63,864 bases of DNA, filler included, from Octopus bimaculoides (GCF_001194135.2; 8 parts of 6 records of this genome joined end to end with filler, not necessarily neighbours in it), one strand, 5' to 3'. Shown: positions 47,689-62,342, numbered from the whole stretch's first letter. A program made the numbers and translations. Notes: generated from the letters alone by a model not told the origin.

Positions 47689-48420
47689 TGCACTTATATA
47701 TTTGTATGTTTATGCGTATGTTTCTCTGTGTCGCTGCACTGCTAGACCGATAAAATAAGTACTAGATTTGAAAAGAATGAACACAAGGCATGGCTTGTTC
47801 GATTAAACCCTTTAATGCAATGCAGGAGCATGGCCACAGTCAAATGACTGAAGCGAGCAAAAGAATAATCAAATCAGCAACGAAAATTATTAATAATCTT
47901 ATAATACAAGCTAATAATTATAATTAGGTAACAACAAGGCCCGAGATCTTTTACTTTTAAGTTGTTCATTATAGCTTTTGCAGCAGAGCACAATTCAGTT
48001 CCCATCTAGTTGACGCTTAGAAAGCATTGTAAATACCGAGATTCTCTCACTATTTGCCTGAGACTATTCTCATCACGGACCTCCCTCTACTTAGCTTCAG
48101 TCTTCTTCAATATATATACGAAGTATACTGTAATCATTATAACTGTACTCTTCTACAATACGTGATCCCCCAGTTTACAAGGGACACTGCGTTCAGTCAG
48201 TTACACTAGCTTCAACAGCCCAAAGCGAAAATAGGTCAGAATGCTTAAGTACAACAATACGTGCCTAAATATATCAATATAGTAACGTGATATCAAGTTA
48301 AGATAGGCCTCAGTAACTTAAGACGGGATCTTTTTTTCAGCCTCTATTGCTGATATACACCTTTAGTTCACTTGTAGAATTATTAATATAGTATTGTAAA
48401 ATATATATATATCTATGCTA

Positions 48421-48467
<47 letters not shown>

Positions 48468-48944
48468 NNNNNNNNNNNNNNNNNNNNNNNNNNNNNNNNN
48501 NNNNNNNNNNNTTAATTAATTAANNNNNNNNNNNNNNNNNNNNNNNNNNNNNNNNNNNNNNNNNNNNTATATATGTATAGATACACATATAGTGAGGGAA
48601 TTTTTCACTTTCCTCGACTAGACATTTCAAGTTCTTCAAGTACCGGAAATGGCCTTTAAGTGTATGATGCCTCAAAAATAGCGCCGGTGAATTAGGCATA
48701 ATTGAAAATTCTTTCCCTATTCACCCTGGCTGTTACCTAAAATGTTATATCAATTTAAAACTTGCGCTCTGTGTTCGATTTCCGTTAATCACGTAAATTG
48801 TATTCGTTTTAATTCTAATCAAATTTCACATAAATATTTTGTAAGGTATCACAATAGAGTATGTAGTAGACGTATATGTGTGTGTGTGTGTATTTTCCTA
48901 TATGTGTATCTAACTCTCTCTCTCTCTTTCTCTCTCTCTATCAG

Positions 48945-48997
<53 letters not shown>

Positions 48998-49143
48998 ATA
49001 TATATATATATCTGTCTGTCTGTCAGTCTGAAGGTACCTACGTACGTATGTATGTGTGTATGTATGTATGTATGTATGCAATTCTCCCTGTGTGATTCCG
49101 TGTGTCTATATGTAGATATACATGTATATACATATATACATAT

Positions 49144-49179
<36 letters not shown>

Positions 49180-49702
49180 NNNNNNNNNNNNNNNNNNNNN
49201 NNNNNNNNNNNNNNNNNNNNNNNNNNNNNNNNNNNNNNNNNNNNNNNNNNNNNNNNNNNNNNNNNNNNNNNNNNNNNNNNNNNNNNNNNNNNNNNNNNNN
49301 NNNNNNNNNNNNNNNNNNNNNNNNNNNNNNNNNNNNNNNNNNNNNNNNNNNNNNNNNNNNNNNNNNNNNNNNNNNNNNNNNNNNNNNNNNNNNNNNNNNN
49401 NNNNNNNNNNNNNNNNNNNNNNNNNNNNNNNNNNNNNNNNNNNNNNNNNNNNNNNNNNNNNNNNNNNNNNNNNNNNNNNNNNNNNNNNNNNNNNNNNNNN
49501 NNNNNNNNNNNNNNNNNNNNNNNNNNNNNNNNNNNNNNNNNNNNNNNNNNNNNNNNNNNNNNNNNNNNNNNNNNNNNNNNNNNNNNNNNNNNNNNNNNNN
49601 NNNNNNNNNNNNNNNNNNNNNNNNNNNNNNNNNNNNNNNNNNNNNNNNNNNNNNNNNNNNNNNNNNNNNNNNNNNNNNNNNNNNNNNNNNNNNNNNNATG
49701 TA

Positions 49703-49753
<51 letters not shown>

Positions 49754-50482
49754 GTGAGCAGATTGGTAATAGAACTACAAACCGTCTTCGTTTTAACCAT
49801 AATGGACATTCAAGTTTAATTGAAAGATTTTCATCTCAAGTCTTTCTGGTTATTTGTTTCCTCTTTCATTTGTTGCAGGACAACCTCATTTTCACCACAC
49901 GCATCTTAGAGATGGTTGTGATGCAAGCCCGTATATACGTATTTAATACGGCTGTGTATGCATAAGTGTGTATGTTTGTCTGTGTATGTAAGAGACTCTC
50001 TCTTACACTCGCGCAATCTTTGTGTAACTGTGTGTTTGCATTTGCGTGTGTTTATGTCTGTTTTTCTGTGAGAGACTCTCTTTTACACTTGCACAATGTT
50101 TGCCTAATTGTATGTTTCTATTTGCGTGTGTTTCTGTATGTGTTTCGGAGTTGTGTAGTGATTGTAGCAAGGATTCATTCCTTGTCACATCTAAAGATAT
50201 TTGCCGGAGATGGTTGTCGCTTGTTTGATGAAAGAAAACCAGAAATATAGGCACAGTTTGCTGTTACACATGGTTCCGGAGTCAGTTCCACTGCGTAGTA
50301 CGCTGGGCAAATTTCATGTATTATAGCCTCGGGTAGACGAAAGCCTTTATGATTTTTCAAAAACACTTATATAATAATAGAGAAAAAACTGTATTTTTAT
50401 AAAAATAATGTAAACATAAAGCTAAATTATTAATTTAATAATTTCATTCAATAAAACTACCATTAACATCAATTACTGCATC

Positions 50483-50810
50483 TACGAGGGGTCGAAATCG
50501 TTTACAAACTCGGACATGACACAAGCTATGGCGGGTTTCAAAGAATCTTTGGTGCTATGGGAGTGTTCAGTGACATTTCTCTCAACAATGCTCCATACAT
50601 AGTAGTCCTGTATATTGAGATCTGGAGAATTAGGAGGCTAAATGTTGGAGACAATGTGATCATGCAAATTGTCGGCCATCCCTTCTTGTGTCAACTGAGC
50701 CTTGTGTAATGGTGCAAAATCTTGTTGAAAGACATAAGGCCTTCCATTACACACATTGCTGATCCAAGGCTTAACAACTTTATTCAAAACCTCAATATAC
50801 ACAGAACCTA
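50483..50810 (-). mobile_element. Tc1/mariner DD37D (maT-like) transposase 3' remnant
   Basis: YVFQQDFAPLHKAQLTQ..PPNSPDLN..DYYVWSIVER; TACGAGGG terminus. Confidence 0.75.
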
Positions 50811-51182
50811 GCTGTTCTTTCTAGCGTTAGGAATCCCATGAGTGGATTCCTCTTATGTATTTAAATATCCATTGTATATATATATATATATATATATNNN
50901 NNNNNNNNNNNNNNNNNNNNNNNNNNNNNNNNNNNNNNNNNNNNNNNNNNNNNNNNNNNNNNNNNNNNNNNNNNNNNNNNNNNNNNNNNNNNNNNNNNNN
51001 NNNNNNNNNNNNNNNNNNNNNNNNNNNNNNNNNNNNNNNNNNNNNNNNNNNNNNNNNNNNNNNNNNNNNNNNNNNNNNNNNNNNNNNNNNNNNNNNNNNG
51101 AGAGAGAGAGAGAGAGAGAGTAGAGAGAAAGACAGGCTGACCAAGAGAGGGAGAGAGAGAGATACGTAGAGATAGAGATAGG

Positions 51183-51230
<48 letters not shown>

Positions 51231-51765
51231 CAGATAGATAGATATATTGATAGACAGATAGATTGATAGATAGATAGATAAAAATACATGTGCATCTGCA
51301 TGCATCTGCATGCAGATGCATACGTGTAAGAATATGAGTCTTCCGCCATTATTCCAATGCATACCTATTATACATACGAGAGATACGCTGTAAGAGAAAA
51401 GCGAAGAGCGAAAGAAGGTAAGAGAGAGACAGGGAGAGAGGGAGAGCGCGGGTGAGAGAGAGAGAGACAGACAGACAGAGTGTGTGTATGTGAGGAAGAG
51501 GCAGAGGTAGAGATAGTGTGCATCAGTGCACAAATGTATTGATATTATATAAAGATAAAGAATGAGATAGCGATTCAGAGATAGAGATTATAGTCTTAAC
51601 ACGAACGGAATCGGCTAAACAGCATTAAATACACATAAAGCAGGTAAAAGCACACACACAAGCTACAAATCTGTTTAGTTGACAGAACAAGAGAGGAATG
51701 AAGAACATTATAAAGCAACAACAAACACACACACACAACAAACACACACACACACACACACGCAT

Positions 51766-51796
<31 letters not shown>

Positions 51797-52252
51797 AATG
51801 TGTATAGATTATATANNNNNNNNNNNNNNNNNNNNNNNNNNNNNNNNNNNNNNNNNNNNNNNNNNNNNNNNNNNNNNNNNNNNNNNNNNNNNNNNNNNNN
51901 NNNNNNNNNNNNNNNNNNNNNNNNNNNNNNNNNNNNNNNNNNNNNNNNNNNNNNNNNNNNNNNNNNNNNNNNNNNNNNNNNNNNNNNNNNNNNNNNNNNN
52001 NNNNNNNNNNNNNNNNNNNNNNNNNNNNNNNNNNNNNNNNNNNNNNNNNNNNNNNNNNNNNNNNNNNNNNNNNNNNNNNNNNNNNNNNNNNNNNNNNNNN
52101 NNNNNNNNNNNNNNNNAAACATGAATGCATGTATGTATATCTGACATGATGACGCCATAGTCATATTTACGTGGCCACATGTGGCGTGCGCTCTATCAGA
52201 ATATGACACGGCACATGTATTAAGCTGCACGCGCAACAGAATTTTTTATGTA

Positions 52253-52307
<55 letters not shown>

Positions 52308-52380
52308 GTGTGTTGCCTTTACCCAGTAGGGCATGGCTGGTAAGGCGAAACGAAGACATCCAGGGCAATGGATATCTTCC

Positions 52381-53215
52381 TGATCAAAGAGAAAAAGGAT
52401 CCCATCACCTTTAAACGGAATCTGGACAAATTTCTTCAACGAATACCAGATAAGTTACCTATACCTGAATATAACTCACTCAACAAGAAGTCACTACTTG
52501 AATGGACCATAAACAAAACTTGACTTAAAGAGGACTTAGATAATCCTATCGGGTGGTGCTATTAAGTTAGACATAGCTTGGACCAATCTTTTCTCGAAAG
52601 ATATCTAAGTTTACATAAGTTTTGGGACAGTGTTAAATAGGGCAGGGCCTGTTGAGGAAAAGAAATCGTGTCGCAGTGTACCTATATGTTGTGATCCTGA
52701 ATTGGGCAGGGGACGTATGGCCCGTGGTCCCAGCCTTGGATGAACGTTGAAACTAATTTACAGGTCGTTTGGGCAAAACTGGCGGTATATTCTCCACATC
52801 GTACAAATGATTACCACTCGCGGTTGCGCTGGAGAGAGTAGAGTTTCAAGACTTTAAGGCGGTCCCAGTAATCGAGATCACTCATGCCCTTAATTCGTAT
52901 AGTGAATGCCCTTTGGGGTGATTCAGTTTTCGCGATGTTTTTTTTTTTCTTTTTGTATAAGGAGACCACAGTGGGCAGCAGTATTCGAGGTCTCGCCGTA
53001 CAAAGGAGGAGAAAAGTGGAATGATGATACCTTGTTCTCTGTACCGGAAGGTTCTTAGAATTCAGGAGCTCATCCTACGAGCTATATCGGCCTTATTGTT
53101 GATGTGGGTACTCCAACTGAGATTCTTATCAACAATTACTCCTAGGTCTCTGATATTATTAGATGCTGTGAGCGTCTTTCGACTCTTTGCGTCGTGCGGA
53201 CAGATATCTTCGACG
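52381..53215 (-). mobile_element. CR1-like LINE remnant; 52619-53215 on minus, terminal 52381-52618 inverted onto plus
   Basis: DLGVIVDKNLSWSTHI, LEYCCPLWSPY, LYSLQR, GPALFNTVPK on minus; IKEKKDPITFKRNLDKFLQRIPD and tail on plus. Confidence 0.8.
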
Positions 53216-53522
53216 TAAGCTATAAACATTCATAATATCAGGGTCGATAATATAAGGTACCAGCTGCATATTTATATATAACTGACTTACACCCTTTCTG
53301 AAAGTTGCGAGCTTTGAGTTAAATTTTGAAGCTATCACATATTGGTGGTTTACTTTCCTCTCTTATGGTAGTAAAAGCTTATTACGTTTGCTTCAGTAGT
53401 CCTATCTTTTCAAAGTTAGGAAAGATATCAGGTTATGTATGATGAAACGACGCCTTATGTTGCAAGGTATTACGTCCTTAATAGATATATATGCTTCTAT
53501 GTATATCCGTGTGTGTGTATAT

Positions 53523-53589
<67 letters not shown>

Positions 53590-53683
53590 GAAATAGAGTC
53601 ATATATATGTGTGTATATATGTAATATATGCATACATATATGCGCACAGTTGTGTATTATATATATATATATATGTGTGTGTT

Positions 53684-53723
<40 letters not shown>

Positions 53724-54604
53724 CGTATAATGTGCGTGTGTGTTTATATTTGTATATATAAGATATAAGTTGTTTATGTATGTAGAAACACAAACATAAG
53801 CATGTATACTTAAAACCGTAAGCACCATGACACCTGCTTTCACACACACACACACGTAAACACATACAGACACACACATATACAAACACACACACAGGTG
53901 ATTGGAAGCGTTGGAATACGTTAAAACCATATCACGTGTTCATATATCTTATCGCCAATATGCAAACATGTAGTACGTTTCAATGTTTGAGATACAGCGA
54001 TAAGTAGATCACTATATACCTTGTTTTATCTACTTTGAGTCGACTGAAGAGCGCAAATATCTCTTTTAGATAAAGCAACTGAAACCGCGTAATGCATTTA
54101 ATACCTACCTTCGGTTGCATTTTCGGCAATTAGGCAATAATCCCACCGTACGTCTTTCGCTCTCTTAAAAGCACATATATACAAACACACCCACACATAC
54201 GCATCCACGTAGGCATTCATTCATTCTCACTTTCTCGCCCTTTTTCCCTCCCCTTCTCTCTTCGTAACAAACCTTCTTTATAAATCATTCTCTCAAACAC
54301 TCTATATTTTCCTTTTATTCTATCCGTTCCCTCCACCGACCCGTGTGGACTTCGCCTCATATACTGTAACATCACTCTCTACCAGTCGCTATTTTTTTCT
54401 CGAACCTTCTCGAACCTTCTCGAATCTTCTCTCTCTTTCTGTCTTTCCCTCAGCTCCCTATATTCTTTCTTTGTCTCATTCACGTTTGGAAAACTGTCCG
54501 TATCTCGCGTTTCCCTTCGTTTTAAAAACACACATGCGTGCGCACATGTCATTCTCACTCCTTTTTCCCTCTTCCACTTTTCCTCCTTTCTCCCTGACTC
54601 CCCG

Positions 54605-54675
<71 letters not shown>

Positions 54676-57311
54676 NNNNNNNNNNNNNNNNNNNNNNNNN
54701 NNNNNNNNNNNNNNNNNNNTTAATTAATTAANNNNNNNNNNNNNNNNNNNNNNNNNNNNNNNNNNNNNNNNNNNNATATATAAATGGAACAAAAATGCAA
54801 TAGAGGGCATTAAAACGTTTGGACAGATAGACGACTGAAAGGCAGACAAGCGAAACAACAATTAGATGGACAGGCAAAAAAAAATGACGGGTCATTCATG
54901 GCTTTCTTTCTTCAGTCAAGTATCAGAAGTCACAACCATTTTGGGCAGTTACACTTGAGATGGTTCGATCTGGTTGTCTCCAAAAAAAGTCTAATCTAAG
55001 AGCATTAGACCCCTTTGTAAGAAAGCTAGTGAATGTGTATGGCAACAAAGAGAAAAAAAAAATGAAGAACATGGTACAGAATTATGAATACAAACAAGAA
55101 ATAACAGGCAATACATTTATGCATGTGTGTGTGTGTGGGGGGTCTTTTACAACTTGACAACCAGTGTGATTTAGACATCCACTAGACAGATTCCAATAGA
55201 ATAAGTACCAAAAATGCATAAGTACTGAGGTCAATTTGTTTGATTAAAACCCTTCAAGAAGCTGCCCCAGCATAGCTACAGTTCAACGACAGTAACCAGT
55301 AAAAGAATCATTATCTTAATTTTTAACATCAGTACAATGATTCTCTTACCACCAATCTGGAGACTCCAGAAAAGGTTCTGCCAACATAAAGAAAACCAAT
55401 ACACGGTCATTATGTTAATGTTGATTTTGAGTTTGTGAAAAGATGTAGCCTAATGGCAGTGTGTTGACTCCTCAAGCACGAGACTTCATTTTACAATGCT
55501 CCAGTCTACTCAGCTGTAAATGAGCACCAGCTGAATACTGATGCAGCTCTCTCTCTCCTCTCCTATCTCTCTCTCTCTCTCTCTCTTCCTCTCTCCTTCT
55601 CTCCTTCTTTCTCACCCTATCACGGCTTCAAAGGTGAGAGGGTCGGAAGTGTGCTTATATCAGCTGTTTAGATGACTAGACAGGCATGTAAAACAACTGG
55701 CAAAAGTGTAGTAGAAGCTATCAGGCAATGCTCACAACAAAAAGCTAAACTTTTTATGATGTGGAAAGCATGTGATTAGTTGTTATGAACAATCTTGAAT
55801 TCGTTATTCTCATTAAAAGGATCCAAATTAAGACATTTATATACACAAAACTGTGTTACTTCATCTGATGCATCATGTAATATATAATTAACCTTGGCGC
55901 CCAATTCTCATTAATTTTACCATGCTAGATATTGGTTTTTAATATTCAATACGGGGTCTCAAATGTAAGAAGCACATGTGTAAATGTAGAAGTACGTGGG
56001 TAGAGATGTGTGTGTGTGTGTGAAAGTGGATATATGTGGTGGTGGTGGTGGTGGGGGGTAATACTACTGGATTACATTCATGCTTCTCTTAGCAGGAATA
56101 CTAACATATCTGAGATGAAATAACAGTAATTAGTAAAATGAAACTGACATGTGGACTTGGTTCTTAAGAATATTGGTAAACCATTTCTATGAAAACGTCC
56201 GTTAAGTACAAAAATAACAAGCCTGATATAGTTTTTAGGGAGCAGATTATATACATACATACATGCATACACTCACACACACACACACACACATATATAT
56301 GAATGTATATATATATTTATGTACTGTTAAAGGAGTCAATTGTACTTCTAGTGTGAAAGTAAATTTTCTTAAAATCAACAAGAAGGAAGATATTTATGAC
56401 TGACTTTTTTTTTAAATCCCTTAGTCATGAAGAATGGCAGGGGACAGGCAAAACCCGTAAATTTTTCCACGGATTCCAAGATTGGTAGAAGGGAAAGAGG
56501 GATTGCAGGAAGGAAGGAAGGAAGGAAGGATGGATGGATGGATGGATGAATGGATGGATGAATGGATGGATGGATGGATGGTGAGAGAGGAACAAAGGAA
56601 GGAAGGAAGTTCTGAAACCCAGTGCTTTGCCTGAATGCTTGCAACAGAGTGGACTGCTCCTCCAATGGCACACAAGGAGCAAAAGGCACCGAGGTGGTGA
56701 TGATGTTAAATTGGATGATGGATTAAGTCTCCCTCTGACATAGGCCACGGTGGGATTTGAACTCAGAACTCAAAGATTCAGATCAAATACTCCAAAGCAT
56801 CACACCCTCAACAGTTTCTCCAGTTTTAGTTAAATGTACTTCTTGTCACTAACCCTCACCTGTTTCCAAGTCAGGTAATATTTCCCCATGACAAGATACA
56901 TCTAAGAAGATTAGAAACAAAGGACACTGCTTACATGACAGTGACACTTGCTTACCACTATCACATGATGTCAAGGTAAAGAGACAGTGACACACACATA
57001 TACAAACACATTCATATATATAACTACCAGGCCATGTGCCTCTGTGTGTGTGTATGTGTGTGTATCTATCTATCTATCTATCTTTCTATCTGTGTATATA
57101 GAAATATATATATGTATGTATGTGCGTTTTTTCAGTGTTTACAAATATAACATGGAAAAAATAAATAAACAGTTACCAGGGTAGCAAAAATTAACAAAGA
57201 TGTAACAATCTATTTATAAAGGTAGAAACTCCAGGTTAAGGTGAAATGTTTTGTATAATTTAGATAAATAAATAAACGGAGTTAAACGCTGATGTTATTC
57301 AAATTCTTTTA

Positions 57312-57396
57312 CTTCCGACATATGTTTCAAAGACAACATTGGTATTATTCCAGGAATAAAATGGTGTAAAACAATGCAATCTTCTCATCAAGGAAA
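57312..57396 (-). ncRNA. Hammerhead copy in left arm, C3>U core substitution (probably inactive)
   Basis: Minus strand UUUCC-UUGAUGA-G...U-GAAAC-AUAU-GUC-GGAAG. Confidence 0.6.
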
Positions 57397-57480
57397 GAAA
57401 GAAACCAAACACATCAACAAGACATTTTAACAGAATTCCATTTCTGTTAAAATGTCTTATTGATGTGTTTGGTTTCTTTC

Positions 57481-57568
57481 TTTTCCTGAGGAGAAGATTG
57501 CATTATTTTACACCATTTTATTCCTTCTGAAATAATACCAATGCTGTCTTCGAAACATATGTTGGAAG
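57481..57568 (+). ncRNA. Minimal type-I hammerhead ribozyme, right arm of fold-back element
   Basis: UUUUC/GGAAG stem I; CUGAGGA 57486-57492; long stem II GAAGAUUGCAUU/AAUGCUGUCUUC; GAAAC-AUAU-GUU (palindromic ACAUAUGU). Confidence 0.7.
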
Positions 57569-58343
57569 TAAAAGAATTTGAATAACACCTGCATTTANNN
57601 NNNNNNNNNNNNNNNNNNNNNNNNNNNNNNNNNNNNNNNNNNNNNNNNNNNNNNNNNNNNNNNNNNNNNNNNNNNNNNNNNNNNNNNNNNNNNNNNNNNN
57701 NNNNNNNNNNNNNNNNNNNNNNNNNNNNNNNNNNNNNNNNNNNNNNNNNNNNNNNNNNNNNNNNNNNNNNNNNNNNNNNNNNNNNNNNNNNNNNNNNNNN
57801 NNNNNNNNNNNNNNNNNNNNNNNNNNNNNNNNNNNNNNNNNNNNNNNNNNNNNNNNNNNNNNNNNNNNNTATATAATCCAAATAACAAGACAAAGAAAGA
57901 GTTTAGCACATCTTTAATGACTAAATGATTAGTTACAATTGTTTCAGTATCACTCTATTTTTAATGCCATTGGACACAAAAGTTTCATGTGGAAAGTTAC
58001 ATAATATTTGCAGTTTTATACATTACATTGGCACTTCACTAATGAGCATCAAAAGGTGCACGCTTACATTGTGCAACTGTCAAGCATTGTACGTTACTTA
58101 TATTGGGAGGAAACAATAACTATAGAATCAGAATAAAAATGGTGAAACAGCAGACACAATCTAGACAACAGTAATACCAGATCAAATGATACCTAGATTT
58201 TCTACACCAGTAGAATTTGAAGCGTTCTTGAAACTTCAATTCAAGAGTGAAGATAACCTCGAGTGCTGCAATGGAAATTCTCCAATTTTCTAACCTTTCA
58301 GGACCACTATATGTATGTATGTATGTATGTATGTACGTCATTA

Positions 58344-58455
58344 TTCAGTTTTATTTCAAGATTTCTTGCCAACAGAGAAAGAGCTGGTTTCTAACCTAGA
58401 TCCAAGACTTCTTCATTGGAATTTTAACATCAAGAAATCTTGAAATAAAACTGAA
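58344..58455. mobile_element. Small MITE with 25-bp perfect TIRs
   Basis: TTCAGTTTTATTTCAAGATTTCTTG / CAAGAAATCTTGAAATAAAACTGAA. Confidence 0.75.
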
Positions 58456-58487
58456 CAATGACATACACACATAGAAAATACCTAAGC

Positions 58488-58539
<52 letters not shown>

Positions 58540-59227
58540 CGACGACGATGACGACGAAAATTAGAACCCTTGAGTCACAGATAACATGTCAATTTCCCAA
58601 CATTGAGACCTCACCCCAACATGCCTGCCTTACTGTATGTGATAAACATCTACTAGTGTTTCAATACAACAATACTAAATCTTTCCAACTCCTACTTAAT
58701 ATGCATATGCATACAAACATGCATACATACACACTCATATATGTGTATATATTTCTAAATAATGTCTATGTATTATTTATATAGGTACAGGCGTGTGGCT
58801 GCACGGTAAGAATCCGGCTTGCCAACCACATGTTTCCAGGTTCAGTCCCACTGCATGGCACCTTAGGCAAGTGTCTTCTACTATAGCCTCAGGCCAACCA
58901 AAGCCTTGTGAGTGGATTTAGTAGACGGAAACTGAAAGAAGCTTGTCATATATATATNNNNNNNNNNNNNNNNNNNNNNNNNNNNNNNNNNNNNNNNNNN
59001 NTTAATTAATTAANNNNNNNNNNNNNNNNNNNNNNNNNNNNNNNNNNNNNNNNNNNNTTTTTTTTTTTTTTTTTTACTTAATTTTTGAGAGTTCTCGTTT
59101 TTAGTGTTCTCGTTTGTGAGAGCAGTTGAGTTTATTTAAGATATTCTCATTTTAAAGATCATCTCTGGCTAATCATTGAGAGGACGTTGGTGTTGCATTG
59201 ACGGATGTTTGGGCTCTCTGAGTTCTC

Positions 59228-59309
<82 letters not shown>

Positions 59310-59966
59310 NNNNNNNNNNTTAGCATGCTGGGCAAAATGGTTTGTGGCATTTCATCTGTCTTTATGTTCTGAGTTCAAATTCTACCAAGGTCAATTTTGT
59401 CTTTCATCCTTTCGGAGTCGATAAAATAAGTACCAGTTACGTATTAGGGTCGATGCAATCGACTATCCCCACCCCCCATACACAATTTCAAGCATTGTGC
59501 CTATCGTAGAAAAGATTATTATTATTATTATTACTACTGTGTCTGTGTGGAAAGATAGTCGCTCATCTGCTATTCATTGAGAATTGAAAGAAACTGGAAT
59601 ACGATGATTACTTAATGCACTTTATATATACACTTTATATATACACTTTATATATACACTTTATATACTTTATACACAATTTTATAGTCTTAATACACAG
59701 CAGTCATAAAATATTCGTTCTTATTTTTTCCATTTCCCCCATAAATAAAGAAACAATATCTCGTACATTTGATACAACCTTTAGATAAATTGTATATATC
59801 TGCCATGTAAATAAGCGTGAATATTCCACGGAATTACACTTATGCGCATGTTAAGTGATAAGTGATATATAAAAAAACTCAGTTCAGTTATAAAAGATAC
59901 ACTTTACACTCTCCAATTACCACCACCACCACCATCATCATCTTTCTCTCCCTCTCACTCTCTCTC

Positions 59967-60007
<41 letters not shown>

Positions 60008-60017
60008 NNNNNNNNNN

Positions 60018-60064
<47 letters not shown>

Positions 60065-60319
60065 AGAACATCACCCTTCTGCTAAAATTATATTTTTTAC
60101 TCTCCTCCTCTAACCTTAAATAACTTTTTAACCACGTAATAGATATTACGTTCCCCCACCTCACGTCATGGACGTTTCTCTCACACTCTTTTTCTTTCTC
60201 CTTCTTTCTGTCTCACTCTTCACCTTATCTTCTTTATCTCTCTCCTTTTGCTTTCTCCTCTCTTTCCCTTCACCTAATCACGTGAAAGTGTTACAATTAC
60301 ATGCCTCACGTCATGAACG

Positions 60320-60378
<59 letters not shown>

Positions 60379-60520
60379 NNNNNNNNNNNNNNNNNNNNNN
60401 NNNNNNNNNNNNNNNNNNNNNNNNNNNNNNNNNNNNNNNNNNNNNNNNNNNNNNNNNNNNNNNNNNNNNNNNNNNNNNNNNNNNNNNNNNNNNNNNNNNN
60501 NNNNNNNNNNNNNTTATAAG

Positions 60521-60643
<123 letters not shown>

Positions 60644-62342
60644 ATGTTGTATAAATTGTACCATACTACATTCATGGCCGTCTGGTCTCGTTCAAAGCTT
60701 ATCCAATCTTTTCTTCTGAGACTGAATTTTGTGGCCATTTCTAATTCCGAGGAGTTTTTGAGGTCAAGATCCTGTTTGTTGTAATAATGATGGAGCGGAC
60801 TTTAATCCAGTCAAGTAATTCAAATGTTTGTATCAATACAGTATGGGATATTGCCTTGTTTTTAAGACGAAACATTCGACTGCCATATTTTTTTGAAATA
60901 CTTCGATTACTCTATCTTTGCCCATAGTAACTTTATATCTTATATTTTTCGTTTTTTTTTTTCTAAACATTTGTAATGTTCAAGGTCTGTAAAAAGGAAG
61001 ATGAGTGAATTTTAGATTTTGGTTATGGGAATTCCTTTTCCTGCGTTCAATGTTTCAAGTATAAGCATTTGCAGAGCCCTGATTTCATTGGTTGAACATG
61101 TTAAGGCCAGCTATAAATATTTCTTATTCTGATCTTTAAGTCGACCTCCTGGGTTGCATTAGTGTTTCGTGTTATTGTTTTAGTACTTAACACATTCTAT
61201 AAAAGAAACAACAGTTTATAACAACAGGAAGAATTATTGTGCTTTCATTTACAAGTGAGAATGGGGCAGTTCTTCGTTCCGACTTTACGTTTCCATTTCA
61301 AATTCCGTCGATGTCGATTTTTACCTTTCATCCTTTCGGGGTCGAGAAAACAAGTAACAGCTGAGCACTGTGTTAGATGCAGTATTTCTTCCGAGTGTAC
61401 ATTCTGAGTTCAAACTTCGCCGAAGTCGATTTTTGCCTTTCGTCCACTCGGAGGTCGAAAAAAAAAAAAATAATAGCTAAGCACTTGGGTGGATGTGCTA
61501 TTCCTTCAGAATTTTCGTTTTTGAGTTCAAATTGCACCGATGTTGATTTTTGCTTTTCATCCTCTCGGGTTGTTAAAAAAACAAGCACCAGTTGAGCACT
61601 GGGGTCAATGTAATCGACAAGACCATCCCCACCCGTCACACACACNNNNNNNNNNNNNNNNNNNNNNNNNNNNNNNNNNNNNNNNNNNNTTAATTAATTA
61701 ANNNNNNNNNNNNNNNNNNNNNNNNNNNNNNNNNNNNNNNNNNNNAAGCAAGCTACTTACCACACAGCCACTCCTGCGCCTATATATATATACTCCGAGT
61801 TTCTTGTTGTCGATCATCCGATGTCGAAAACCGACAACGGAAGAAGAATCTATGCAGAATCTACTCAAAATAAATAACATATACATATACACATAGATGC
61901 ATAAATACACCAACCCATCCAACCACCCATCCATCCAACCAGCCAGCCAGCCAGCCAGCCATATATAAGTTCTTGACGTAATTTCTTATACCTTTGTCGT
62001 CTTTATCTCTCATTATTGCTTTGTACTCACCTGACGCTTCGTTCTTAAGTATTAGGTTCAAACACGAGTTTATTAGTATAGCTATGCCTAAGTGAAATAA
62101 TTATATCTATCTCCATCTATATCTCTATCTATACCTACATCTCTCTCTGTATATAGATTAATAGAAACAGCCATTTGCAATGTTATACCGTAAAGGAAAA
62201 TTATAGCCGTCCACTAAACGTGACCAAGGGTGCCAAGGCACCTACATTGCTAAAAATAAGAGCTAAAATGCTCCAATGCTGTTATAAAGCACAGAAAATA
62301 TACTCTGATAGAGGCTGCAATAATTTCCCTTTGATATATATA

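Larger units (their letters stand above)
57283..57597. repeat. Diverged fold-back element (~155-bp arms) carrying inverted hammerheads
   Basis: Centre CAGAA-TTCCAT-TTCTG at 57431-57446; arms differ at many sites, so not a read artefact. Confidence 0.85.

Noticed and set aside
54916-55157. Plus ORF after a pyrimidine-rich AG as a candidate CCDC148 3' exon
   Set aside because: No match to the conserved C-terminal motifs and no good donor.
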